Notes under the pieces: model-generated | Told to the model about the DNA's origin: nothing | What the model saw: only the letters and a program-made list of their open reading frames with translations | The model's database searches: none | Program-made: the position numbers and the translations under genes | Shown: one piece after another, positions 1 to 8,729 of the stretch | Layout: the number at the start of each line of letters is the position of its first letter | How positions within the stretch are numbered: position 1 is the stretch's first letter | Assembly: GCA_034667685.1 (NCBI GenBank) | Contig: JAXDQU010000021.1 | Location: forward strand, 32,001-96,000 | Direction of reading: 5' to 3' | Source of the DNA: Thermoplasmata archaeon | GTDB taxonomy: Archaea; Thermoplasmatota; SW-10-69-26; JACQPN01; JAJPHT01 | DNA: 64,000 bases

Positions 1-741
1 TTCGTCATCATCCGCGAGAACACGGAGGGCCTCTACACGCCCGCGCGCGGCTGGCTCAAGCGCGGCTACGGCGAAGGGCTCGAAGGCCTCGCGGAGGTCG
101 CGACCGACACGAACATCATCACGCGCAAGGGCGCCGAGCGCGTCAGCCGCAAGGCGTTCGAGCTCTCCATGCAGCGCGGCAAGGGCGCGCCCAAGGACGG
201 CAGGAAGCGCGTCACGTGCATCGACAAGGCCAACGTGCTGCGCGGCTCGCAGCTCTTCCGCGCCGTCTACGACGAGGTCGCCAAGGGCTTCCCCGCCGTC
301 GAGAAGGACTACGCCTACGTGGACGCCTTCACGCAGTGGATCGTCCGCAACCCCGAAGGGTACGACGTCGCGGTCGCGTCCAACATGCTCGGCGACATCG
401 TGACCGACCTTGCGGCGGTGCTCCAGGGCGGCATGGGCATGGCGGCCTCGGGCAACATCGGCGACAGGCACGCGATGTTCGAGCCCATCCACGGCAGCGC
501 GCCCAAGCACGCCGGCCAGTCGGTCAGCAACCCGATCGCCACCGTCGGCGCGGCGCAGATGATGCTCGAGTGGCTCGGCCACAAGCACGGCGACCGCAAG
601 ATGATCGACGCCGCCCACGCGCTCGACCGCGCCGTCGCGCACGTCGTCGCCGAGGGCAAGGCGCTCACCTACGACCTGGGCGGCTCCGCCAAGACGCACG
701 AGTGCGGCGAGGCGATCGCGAAGGCCGTTAGGGTAGCCTGA
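1..741 (+). CDS. Isocitrate/isopropylmalate dehydrogenase family protein (5'-truncated by window edge)
   Basis: IRENTEGLY, DKANVL, NMLGDIVTD, FEPIHGSAPK and TYDLGG motifs; frame open from base 1. Confidence 0.9.
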   Translation, partial: FVIIRENTEGLYTPARGWLKRGYGEGLEGLAEVATDTNIITRKGAERVSRKAFELSMQRGKGAPKDGRKRVTCIDKANVLRGSQLFRAVYDEVAKGFPAVEKDYAYVDAFTQWIVRNPEGYDVAVASNMLGDIVTDLAAVLQGGMGMAASGNIGDRHAMFEPIHGSAPKHAGQSVSNPIATVGAAQMMLEWLGHKHGDRKMIDAAHALDRAVAHVVAEGKALTYDLGGSAKTHECGEAIAKAVRVA

Positions 742-771
742 GCGAAAGCCGCGCCCCAGGGGTGCGCCATC

Positions 772-1431
772 ATGGTCAGCCACACGGTGCTGCAGGCGCC
801 CGGCGCTCGGCCGACGTGGACCGCCATCGTCACCGACGCCGAATGCCACGCGCATCTGCGGGCCCAGTGGGTGGGCGCGCTGGCCGACGGCCCTGCGAGC
901 CTGGTCGATCCGATCCTCAGCAAGCTCGGGGGCGCGTCGCCCGAGGTCAACGAGTCGGACGCCGCGGCCGCGCGCTCGGGAGATGGCCAACCCTCGGGTC
1001 GGGTGGCCCCGCGCGTCACGTCCTGCAAGTCGAGCGACGAGCACGTCTTCATGTATGGCGGCGGCGGACCCAGCGATTCCTTGACCCACAAGAACGGCTA
1101 CCTTGATTTTTGCTACGATGGCAGCACGGCATGGATCAGCGCGCAGTCCGGCAACTGCCAGGGATCGACGGAGCCCTGGTGGTCGTGGGTCGTGGACGCC
1201 TGCTATCTCGACCGGACGATCAACGGTCCCGACTACGCGGTGCGGGAAGGCCACGGGAACTACCACTGTGACCCGACCACGATCTCGCCGTGCAATTTCC
1301 ACAGCGAATACTACCACTCGCTTTACGACTCGGAGACGGGGCGCTGGGATGGCTACACGGCGTGCAGCTACAGTTGGACCGGAACCATTTCGTTCGGCGT
1401 GACGAATGAGTACCTCCAAGGTTGCCAGTGA
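772..1431 (+). CDS. Hypothetical protein with Cys/Trp/Tyr-rich C-terminal domain
   Basis: 219-aa ORF, 8 Cys in the C-terminal ~135 aa, less GC-biased codons than neighbours; start uncertain. Confidence 0.55.
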   Translation: MVSHTVLQAPGARPTWTAIVTDAECHAHLRAQWVGALADGPASLVDPILSKLGGASPEVNESDAAAARSGDGQPSGRVAPRVTSCKSSDEHVFMYGGGGPSDSLTHKNGYLDFCYDGSTAWISAQSGNCQGSTEPWWSWVVDACYLDRTINGPDYAVREGHGNYHCDPTTISPCNFHSEYYHSLYDSETGRWDGYTACSYSWTGTISFGVTNEYLQGCQ

Positions 1432-1829
1432 TGCGCCCTGCACTCTGGGTGACGGCGGCCGCAGGGGTCGCCGCCATCCTCCTCGCCCTTGTCTTCGTCG
1501 CCGTCGGGACCCCGGGCTCCTCCAGGACCGAGGGCGCGGGCGCTGGAGGAGTCGCCTGGCTGCGGTCGCCCGTGGCGCTCCTCCCCGGCGCGTGCGGCGC
1601 GGTCGTCCTCGCGGGCGTGTGGGCGAGGTCGCGTGCGCTGATGTGGCCCGGTGCGGCCGCGCTCCTCATCTTCTCCTTGGTCTTCTTCCTGGGGGTCGGC
1701 GCGTGGTTCCTCCCGTTCGCGCTCCTCGCGCTGGGCAGCCTCCTCCGCGAGACATGGGTCGAGGACGACGTGATGGCGCGCACCGCGAGGAAGCTTCGTC
1801 GGGGCGTGTCCGGCGGCCCACGACGCTGA
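1431..1829 (+). CDS. Small multi-pass membrane protein
   Basis: 3-4 hydrophobic segments; TGATG overlap with upstream ORF. Confidence 0.6.
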   Translation: MRPALWVTAAAGVAAILLALVFVAVGTPGSSRTEGAGAGGVAWLRSPVALLPGACGAVVLAGVWARSRALMWPGAAALLIFSLVFFLGVGAWFLPFALLALGSLLRETWVEDDVMARTARKLRRGVSGGPRR

Positions 1830-1869
1830 GCGCCCGTTTCCTTCATAGGGGCCCGTAGCCTCCCCGCTC

Positions 1870-2715
1870 GTGATGCGTCGGGTCGCCCTGTTGGCCCTCC
1901 TGCTCGCTGCCCCCGCCCTCCTCGCCGGCTGCTTCGGCGCCAGCGCCTCGCAGGTGGACGTCGCGCCCTACCTGCCGCTCAACGACGCGCAACCCGGCCG
2001 CGCCACCGAGGTCGCGCTCTTCCTGCGCAGCACGTCCTCGTTCAAGGAGCACTACGACGTGAAGCAGGACGGCATGCCCGCGGGCTGGACGTTCGAGCCC
2101 CACCCCAAGAGCCTCGACCTGGGCGGCGGCAAGACGTCGTTCCTCGTGGCGCGCGTGACGCCCGCGCTGGACGCCACGTACGGGCCGCACGCCTTCGACG
2201 TCATGGTGGGCGACACGCGCGCGACCGTCACGGTCAACGTGAAGGACCTCGGCCGCGAGCCGGCACGCGCGGGCGTCGGGGCGCAGGTCTACTACGTGCT
2301 CTTCGGCGACAACGGCACCGTGCTGGAGACCAACGAGCCCACGGTCAAGGACCAGCCCGGCGTCAAGCAGACGCCCCTCGACAACGGCACGCCCGACCTC
2401 ACGCCGCTGAAGGTCTACGTCGGCGGCCAGCGCGGCACGCCCCCGCCCGAGCCGTACAACTCCACCGGCTGCGCGGCGCCGCCGTGCTATCACCCTGTCA
2501 TCGAGGGTTTCGACGCGCGCCTGCGCGACGCGGGCGACGGCAACGGCATGGTCGCGGGCGACACGCTCGTCGCGCTCATCCCCAAGGAGCGCGCCTACAC
2601 CTACGCCGGCAACGAGCAGCACCCGCTCTACGGGCAGAACCTCAACTTCGTCATCCGCGTCGTGTCGGTGGACGACCTCGGGAAGTCGTGCCCGCTGCCC
2701 GTTTGCACGTCTTGA
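1870..2715 (+). CDS. Lipoprotein with Ig-like domain and C-terminal FKBP-type PPIase-like domain
   Basis: LLAGC lipobox; VIEGFD...GMVAGD...IPKERAY...HPLYGQNLNFVIRVVSV resembles the FKBP fold. Confidence 0.7.
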   Translation: MMRRVALLALLLAAPALLAGCFGASASQVDVAPYLPLNDAQPGRATEVALFLRSTSSFKEHYDVKQDGMPAGWTFEPHPKSLDLGGGKTSFLVARVTPALDATYGPHAFDVMVGDTRATVTVNVKDLGREPARAGVGAQVYYVLFGDNGTVLETNEPTVKDQPGVKQTPLDNGTPDLTPLKVYVGGQRGTPPPEPYNSTGCAAPPCYHPVIEGFDARLRDAGDGNGMVAGDTLVALIPKERAYTYAGNEQHPLYGQNLNFVIRVVSVDDLGKSCPLPVCTS

Positions 2716-2727
2716 GTCCTTCCCCCT

Positions 2728-2796
2728 CCAGCCACGGAGGACACAGAGGTCACAGAGGACAGTTCTTCCTTCGTCCTCTGTGTCCTCCGTGGCTGG
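2728..2796. repeat. Palindromic element, family A (CACAGAGGA-like 9-mer units)
   Basis: CCAGCCACGGAGGACACAGAGG...CCTCTGTGTCCTCCGTGGCTGG perfect 22-bp arms. Confidence 0.9.
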
Positions 2797-2843
2797 CCGC
2801 CAAGGGCGATACACCCAAGCGCGAAGGGAAAGCTCGCAGCATC

Positions 2844-3737
2844 GTGTTCGAGCAGGTCACGCCCACGGTCCGCTACGCGAAGGCGCCCACCGCGATCGGC
2901 GTGGCCACGCGCGGCGACGACGCGCTGCTCATCGACACGGGGCTCGACGAGAACCTCGTGCGCAAGGTCGTCAACGCCCTGGCGAACGAGGGCAAGACCG
3001 TCCGCGCCATCGTGAACACGCACGCGCACGCCGACCACATCGGCGGGAACGCGTTCGCGGTGAAGCGCACGGGCGCGAGGGTCGTGGCGCCGCACTACGA
3101 GCACTTCTTCGTGGAGCGGCCCGACCTGGAGCCGTGGACGCTCTTCGGCGCCGCCGCGCCCCACGCGCTCTCAGGGAAGTTCCTCCAGGCGCAGCCCAGC
3201 CGCGTCGACCACGCCGTCGTTGGCGAGGGGACGCAGGACGTCGCGGGCTTCCAGCTCGCGTTCCGCAGCCTGCCGGGGCACAGCGTCCACCAGATGGGCG
3301 TGGAGGTGGACGGCGTGCTCTTCGTGGGCGACGCGGTGCTGCCGCCCGACGTGCTATCGAAATACGGCCTCGTCTTCGCCGTCGACCCGATCGCGGCGCG
3401 CGCGAGCACCGAGCGCCTGCTGCAGCTCGCTCCCCCGCACGTCGTCGCCTACCACGGCGGCTACGTGCACGACCTCGCGGGCGCGGTGCGGGCGAACGCC
3501 GAGGCGATGCGCGAGGCCGAGGAGACCCTCCTGCGCGCGCTGGCGCGGGGGCCGGCGGGCGAGGACGACCTGCACGCGGCGCTGCTCGACCGCTTCCCGG
3601 CGACCGCGCGCTCGGTCGAGCTGCACGCGCTCCACCGCGCGACGGTCCGGGGCTATCTTTCCGCGCTGGAGCGGGCGGGGCGCGTCGAGGCGCTGCTCGA
3701 CGGGAGCCGTCTGCTCTGGCGCCTCCGCGAAAAATGA
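2844..3737 (+). CDS. MBL-fold metallo-hydrolase with C-terminal wHTH-like region
   Basis: LIDTG, THAHADHIGG, PGHS, GD and YHG motifs; GTG start chosen downstream of the palindrome. Confidence 0.85.
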   Translation: MFEQVTPTVRYAKAPTAIGVATRGDDALLIDTGLDENLVRKVVNALANEGKTVRAIVNTHAHADHIGGNAFAVKRTGARVVAPHYEHFFVERPDLEPWTLFGAAAPHALSGKFLQAQPSRVDHAVVGEGTQDVAGFQLAFRSLPGHSVHQMGVEVDGVLFVGDAVLPPDVLSKYGLVFAVDPIAARASTERLLQLAPPHVVAYHGGYVHDLAGAVRANAEAMREAEETLLRALARGPAGEDDLHAALLDRFPATARSVELHALHRATVRGYLSALERAGRVEALLDGSRLLWRLREK

Positions 3738-3743
3738 TCGCAC

Positions 3744-3749
3744 TATAAA
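3744..3749 (+). promoter_or_regulatory. Putative TATA box for the ABC substrate-binding gene
   Basis: TATAAA preceded by an A-rich BRE-like run; AGGAGA SD-like site before ATG 3828. Confidence 0.45.
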
Positions 3750-3827
3750 CCGGAACCTTCGCGGTCTCCCGCAATCCTCAAACCTCTATCACGGCGTCTG
3801 CGCGATCGGCATCCAGGAGATGCGATC

Positions 3828-5180
3828 ATGACTGTCTCGACTCGAATGCTCTTCATCGCCGTCCTCGCGCTCGTGGCGGCGCCGGTGCTCGCCGGCTGCG
3901 CCACCAACAACAACACCACGAGCACCTCCTCGACGCCCGCGAGCTCGACGGTCTCGTCGACGACGCCCTCCACGCCCTCGGGCGGCAACCAGTGCGTCGC
4001 GCCCGCGGCGGGCGCCGCGGTCCCCGGCGCGGTCGAGCTGCACCTGGGCATCATGATGCCGCTCACCGGCGGCCTCTCCAGCCTCGGCCCCGACATGTGC
4101 GGCGGCGCGCTGCTGGCCGTCAAGGAGATCAACGCGGCGAACCTGGGCGTCCACATCACCGCGGACGTCGCGGACGACAAGACCTCCAACAGCGCGGACG
4201 CGCCCAACACGTTCCAGCGCCTCGTGGGCGGCGGCGCCACCGCCATCGTGGGCCCCTGCTGCTCGGGCGTCACCAGCTCGATCCTCAGCGCGGCCGGCGA
4301 CGGCCAGGTCGTGGTCGCCTCCCCCTCCGCCACGGCGGTCTCGCTCGTGGACTCGGGCAACGGCTTCTTCTGGCGCATCTCGCCCTCCGACGCGATCCAG
4401 GGCCCCGTGCTCGCCAACGTCGTGAAGAACGACAGCGTGACGAGCGTCTCCATCATCGCGGTCAACAACGCCTACGGCCAGGGCCTCGTGGCGTCGTTCA
4501 CGCCCGCCTTCACCGCCAAGGGCGGCAGCGTCGTCACCACGCAGAAGTACGCCGAGACCGGCGCCTCCGACTTCTCCTCGCAGGTCACCGCGGCGTGCAA
4601 CGGCAACCCGCAGGCCGTCGTCATCTTCGGCTACATCGCCGAGGGCGCGCTGATCCTCAAGGAGATGCAGAAGGAGGGCTGCCTGAGCAAGGTCAAGCTC
4701 TACGGCAGCGAGGGCCTCTACGACTCCGACTCCAAGAAGGGCCTCCCCACGCAGGCCGGCCAGGACTCCGCGGGCCACTGGCTCGCCGCCGGCGCGAAGG
4801 GCACCAACCCGCAGTCGGGCAACTCGTCGGTCTTCAACACGAAGTTCAACGCCGCCTACGGCCACGACCCCTCGCAGTACAGCGCCGAGAGCTACGACGC
4901 CGTGATGTACATCGCGCTCGCGGCCCTGAAGGCGAACAGCGCGAAGGGCGCCGACATCAAGGCGAACCTGCTCGCCGTCGCCAACCCGCCGGGCCAGAAG
5001 TGCACCGAGTGGGCCGCCTGCGCCGCGCTCGCCAAGGCCGGCCAGGACCTGGACTACCAGGGCTACGCGCACGACTTCCAGTTCAGTGACAAGCACGAGC
5101 CCCAGAGCGGGTTCTACAGCGTCTGGAAGGTCGGCGACGACGGCAAGGTCGCCACCGTCGCCACCGACCAGACGGCGTAA
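3828..5180 (+). CDS. Branched-chain amino acid ABC transporter substrate-binding lipoprotein (LivJ/K-like)
   Basis: VLAGC lipobox, Ser/Thr linker, GIMMPLTG, SPSAT, RISPSD, NNAYGQG, ESYDA. Confidence 0.9.
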   Translation: MTVSTRMLFIAVLALVAAPVLAGCATNNNTTSTSSTPASSTVSSTTPSTPSGGNQCVAPAAGAAVPGAVELHLGIMMPLTGGLSSLGPDMCGGALLAVKEINAANLGVHITADVADDKTSNSADAPNTFQRLVGGGATAIVGPCCSGVTSSILSAAGDGQVVVASPSATAVSLVDSGNGFFWRISPSDAIQGPVLANVVKNDSVTSVSIIAVNNAYGQGLVASFTPAFTAKGGSVVTTQKYAETGASDFSSQVTAACNGNPQAVVIFGYIAEGALILKEMQKEGCLSKVKLYGSEGLYDSDSKKGLPTQAGQDSAGHWLAAGAKGTNPQSGNSSVFNTKFNAAYGHDPSQYSAESYDAVMYIALAALKANSAKGADIKANLLAVANPPGQKCTEWAACAALAKAGQDLDYQGYAHDFQFSDKHEPQSGFYSVWKVGDDGKVATVATDQTA

Positions 5181-5243
5181 GCTCTCGCCCCCGGGGCGCC
5201 CGGCGCCCATTTTCTTTTCTCTTTCCTTGCTCAGCGCGGGCTC

Positions 5244-5321
5244 AACACGAAGAGCACCAAGCCACGAAGGCACGAAGTCCCAGAAGCTTCGTGCTCTTCG
5301 TGGCTTGGTGCTCTTCGTGTT
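5244..5321. repeat. Palindromic element built of CACGAAG-type units
   Basis: AACACGAAGAGCACCAAGCCACGAAG and its exact reverse complement (26-bp arms) between convergent genes. Confidence 0.9.
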
Positions 5322-5332
5322 AGTCGGCTGCG

Positions 5333-5839
5333 TCAGCTCGCGTCCCGATCGTCGAGCGCGTGGCCATCGCCCGGGGACGCGAGGTCCTCCAGCTCCTTTC
5401 CCCCCAGCTCGTAGGGGATCCACGGCTGGCGGCGCGCGCCGAGCGCCTCGTAGAAGCGGTGCGCGTCGGCGTTCCAGTCGAGCACGACCCAGGCCATGCG
5501 CGCGCAGCCGCGGCGCATCGTCTCGCGGGCGAGCGTCGCGACGAGGGCGCGGGCGATCCCGTGGCGGCGCGCGGAGGCCGTGACGAACAGGTCCTCCAGG
5601 TAGAGCACCGGCCTCGCGCGGAACGTCGAGTACGTCTCGAAGAACGCCGCGTACGCGACGACCTTGCCCTCCAGCTCCGCGACGAGCAGCTCGACGCGCG
5701 GCCTTGCGCCGAACGCGTCCTCGCGCAGCCGCGGGGCGGCGTCGGCGGGCGGGCCCTCCATCTTCTCGAAGACGGCCAGCTCGCGCGTGAGGCCGACGAT
5801 GGCGGGGAGGTCCTCGGGGCGCGCGTGGCGGACGATCAT
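5333..5839 (-). CDS. GNAT acetyltransferase (spermidine/spermine N1-acetyltransferase-like)
   Basis: YLEDLFV...RRHGIAR, VLDWN...FYEALG; start at MIVRHARPED. Confidence 0.9.
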   Translation of the reverse strand: MIVRHARPEDLPAIVGLTRELAVFEKMEGPPADAAPRLREDAFGARPRVELLVAELEGKVVAYAAFFETYSTFRARPVLYLEDLFVTASARRHGIARALVATLARETMRRGCARMAWVVLDWNADAHRFYEALGARRQPWIPYELGGKELEDLASPGDGHALDDRDAS

Positions 5840-5876
5840 GCGCCGCGCAACCCACCGCGGGCGCAAAGCAGCTTTG

Positions 5877-6587
5877 ATGAGGCCTGCCGCGCGTGGCGCT
5901 CGCGTGCGAGGCTGGCCGTTCCCCTGGTTCAGCGTGGCGTGGCTGGCGCTCGTCAGCGTCGTCGTGATGGTCAAGAACGGCGCGGTGGGCATCCTGCCGC
6001 TGGACGTCCAGCACGCCGTGGGCTTCACGCCGACGGACTTCTACGCGCACCCGTGGGCCGCGCTGCGCTCGCCCCTCGCGCTGCTGTTCAACAACGACGC
6101 CGTGCAGTACAGCTACGTCACGGCCATCTTCATGCTCGCGGTGCCGGCGTTCGAGGTGCGCCACGGCTGGAAGCGCACGGCGTTCGTCTTCGGGGTGGGC
6201 GGCCTCGCGTCGGTCTTCCTCGTGACGCTGGCGATCCTCCTCCCCGCGTGGTGGCTGCTGCCGGATAACGCCGTCGTGCTCCACAGCGTCACGCGCCCGT
6301 ACATGGGCGACAGCACCGCCGTGTTCGCCATCGCGGGCGCGCTCGCGGCGACCCTGCCCAGCAGGCGCGCCCGCTGGGGCATCCTCGCGGGCGCCGTGGC
6401 GTGGGAGTCGTTCCTCTTCGGGTACTTCTTCCACTTCGCGGAGCTGATCTCGCTCTTCCACTACACGGCGCTCTTCCTGGGCTTCGGCCTCGCGCGCACG
6501 GCGTGGTTCACGCGCATCCCCGACGCGGAGGGAAAGCGCAGCGCGACGGGCGCCGCCGGCGACATCGAGGACGCGGAGCCGGCCTAG
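5877..6587 (+). CDS. Rhomboid-like intramembrane protein
   Basis: ~6 TM segments; MGDSTAVFAI (GxS) and a His in the last TM (SLFHY). Confidence 0.6.
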   Translation: MRPAARGARVRGWPFPWFSVAWLALVSVVVMVKNGAVGILPLDVQHAVGFTPTDFYAHPWAALRSPLALLFNNDAVQYSYVTAIFMLAVPAFEVRHGWKRTAFVFGVGGLASVFLVTLAILLPAWWLLPDNAVVLHSVTRPYMGDSTAVFAIAGALAATLPSRRARWGILAGAVAWESFLFGYFFHFAELISLFHYTALFLGFGLARTAWFTRIPDAEGKRSATGAAGDIEDAEPA

Positions 6588-6640
6588 GCGAATTTCGTTT
6601 CGAGGCGCTCCGGTCGCAAAAGGTCGTTTGCCGGCGCCTC

Positions 6641-6700
6641 TTTCCCAACACCGAGAATCCGCGTCATCCGCGGATGCCTCGGATGCGCGGTGTCGGGAAA
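6641..6700. repeat. Palindromic element (CATCCG/CGGATG units)
   Basis: TTTCCCAACACCG...CGGTGTCGGGAAA imperfect inverted repeat between convergent genes. Confidence 0.7.
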
Positions 6701-6710
6701 GGAGCGCCAC

Positions 6711-7790
6711 TCAACCGAGCTTGTGCAGCGCGCCCTCTTCGGCCCGCTTGCAGATCGCCGACTCGCGCTCCAGGTAGCGATTGATCCCGATCACCGCGAT
6801 CTCGCTGCCGTACTCCGCGATGCGGCGGATGGACCACGCGAGGCTGCGCAGGCTCGCGACGAGCGCGGGGTCCTCGTGGCGCTTCAGGATGTCCGTGAGG
6901 ATCTCCTCCTCGACGCGCTCGACCTCGGCCTGGGCTTCGAGCGCCTTGTTGGCGAGCTTCAGGTCGTGGGTGAAGATGCACGCGAGGCCGTCCTGCACGA
7001 TCTTGGCGGAGAGGTCGCTGACGCGCTGGATGCGCTTGAGCAGCGGCGCTTCGAGCGTGGCCTTCTGCTCCAGGATGTCGAGCACGCTCTTGGCGATGTT
7101 GTCGGCGTAGTCCGCGACGTGCTCCAGGTTCTTGCAGATGAGGCGGTTGCCCACGATGGGAAGCTGGTCGACGATGCCGATCTGCTCGGCGACCTGCGGG
7201 TCCACCTGCGCGGTGAGGAGGAGCCGGAGCGCGAGCCAGTAGACCTTGTCGGCCTCGTCCTCGCGGCCGCGCGCGTCCTCGGCCAGGCGCGCGTCGCGCG
7301 TGACGAGCGCCTCGATGGCCTCCTTCTGCATCGTCGCGCCGATGGTGTAGAGGCGCTTGATGACCGTCTCCATCGGGAAGCGCGCGGCGTCGATGCTGCA
7401 CTGCAGCTCGATCGTGTCGGGCGTCTCCAGCATGATGCCCATGCCCGTGAGGTTGGAGGCCGCGTCGCGCACCTCGCGGATCTGCTCGCTCTTGATGCGC
7501 GTCTTGCTCCGGATGACGAGGTGGCTGCGGCCGATGACGTAGTTGCCCACGACGATGCGCCCCAGCATGCCCTTGTCTGTGGCGAGGTCGGCGTTCACGA
7601 CGTACACCGCGTCCCGGATCTTCGGGCCGCCCAGCTTCGAGGGGGCGATGCGCAGGCTCCCGTCGCGCAGGTCCTCGAAGAGCAGGATGTCGCCCTTCTC
7701 GATGCCGGTGCGCTCGGCCCACTCTTTCGGGAGGCTGACGCTCAGGGTCGACGTGCCGACCTTCTGGACTTTCCGGCTCTCCACGGTCAT
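6711..7790 (-). CDS. phoU: Archaeal phosphate uptake regulator (AbrB-like N-terminal domain plus two PhoU domains)
   Basis: RKVQKVGTSTLSVSLPKEWA N-terminus; LEHVADYADNIA and IRRIAEYGSEIA PhoU repeats. Confidence 0.9.
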   Translation of the reverse strand: MTVESRKVQKVGTSTLSVSLPKEWAERTGIEKGDILLFEDLRDGSLRIAPSKLGGPKIRDAVYVVNADLATDKGMLGRIVVGNYVIGRSHLVIRSKTRIKSEQIREVRDAASNLTGMGIMLETPDTIELQCSIDAARFPMETVIKRLYTIGATMQKEAIEALVTRDARLAEDARGREDEADKVYWLALRLLLTAQVDPQVAEQIGIVDQLPIVGNRLICKNLEHVADYADNIAKSVLDILEQKATLEAPLLKRIQRVSDLSAKIVQDGLACIFTHDLKLANKALEAQAEVERVEEEILTDILKRHEDPALVASLRSLAWSIRRIAEYGSEIAVIGINRYLERESAICKRAEEGALHKLG

Positions 7791-7814
7791 GATGCGGTCA
7801 TTACAAGCGGCCGG

Positions 7815-7823
7815 AAATATATA
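7815..7823. promoter_or_regulatory. Putative TATA element between divergent phoU and thioredoxin-like genes
   Basis: AAATATATA in a GC-rich context, ~25 nt upstream of the phoU ATG. Confidence 0.5.
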
Positions 7824-7874
7824 CCTGCGCGTCGCCGCGTCAACCCTTATGGCGCGGCCGCGAGTGGGCCACCC

Positions 7875-8729
7875 GTGCTGCGCGCGGCGCTCGTGGGATT
7901 CCTCCTGCTCGCCCCGCTCGCGGCCGCGCAGACGCCCGTCATCGTGAACTACCACGTTTGGCCCGACCCGGAGGCGGGGAAGCCCGACGCCGATCCGTTC
8001 AGCGCGCCCGGCGTCGCGCCGCTGCCCGGCCTGCCCGGCGACCGGATGCCCGCGACGCGCGCGGACGCCGTCGAGGACGCCGACCCCGCGCCGGGAGGCA
8101 ACCCCGACAGCAGCGTCGCGCACCTGCAGGAATTCCAGCGCCTCCTCGCCCTGCGCGGCGCGACCGGCGCGGGCGCGACGATCGACGTGGAGGGCGCGGC
8201 GCAGCCCGGCGCGCTCCTCGTGCGCGTCAACGTGACCGCCACCGAGGCGCTCGGCGCGACCGAGACGCGCGTGGTGCTCGTGGAGGACGATGCCGGCCAC
8301 CGCTTCGCGGCCCGGAACGCGAGCGCCCCCCTCGCGGCGAACCTCAGCGCGGGCCAGTCGGCGTCCTTCGACGTGACGCTCCCGCTGGGCGCCGCGGACG
8401 CGCAGAAGGTCGGCGTGGTCGTCACGGTCCGCGCGCTCGACGCGGTCGGCCCGCGCCAGGCGGGCGAGGTCGTCAACGCCGCCTCGTGGTCCGTCAGGCA
8501 GGGTGCGCCCACGCGCCAGGTCGAGAAGGCGGTCCTCCTGGAGCACGTCACCGCGACGTGGTGCGAGCCGTGCGGCCCGAGCGACCAGGCGCTGGCGCTC
8601 CTCGCCGCGCGCACCGCGCCCCAGGAGAGCGGCGCGCGCTATCTCCAGCCGCCCACGCCGTGGACCGTCGCCGGCCTCGCGCTCGGCGCCGGCGCCCTCC
8701 TCCTCCTTGTCCGGAGGCGCGCGGCGTGA
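7875..8729 (+). CDS. Membrane-anchored Omp28-like thioredoxin/Ig protein (CxxC at the C-terminus)
   Basis: Signal peptide; KAVLLEHVTATWCEPC; C-terminal TM plus RRR; GTGA overlap with ccmF. Confidence 0.75.
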   Translation: MLRAALVGFLLLAPLAAAQTPVIVNYHVWPDPEAGKPDADPFSAPGVAPLPGLPGDRMPATRADAVEDADPAPGGNPDSSVAHLQEFQRLLALRGATGAGATIDVEGAAQPGALLVRVNVTATEALGATETRVVLVEDDAGHRFAARNASAPLAANLSAGQSASFDVTLPLGAADAQKVGVVVTVRALDAVGPRQAGEVVNAASWSVRQGAPTRQVEKAVLLEHVTATWCEPCGPSDQALALLAARTAPQESGARYLQPPTPWTVAGLALGAGALLLLVRRRAA

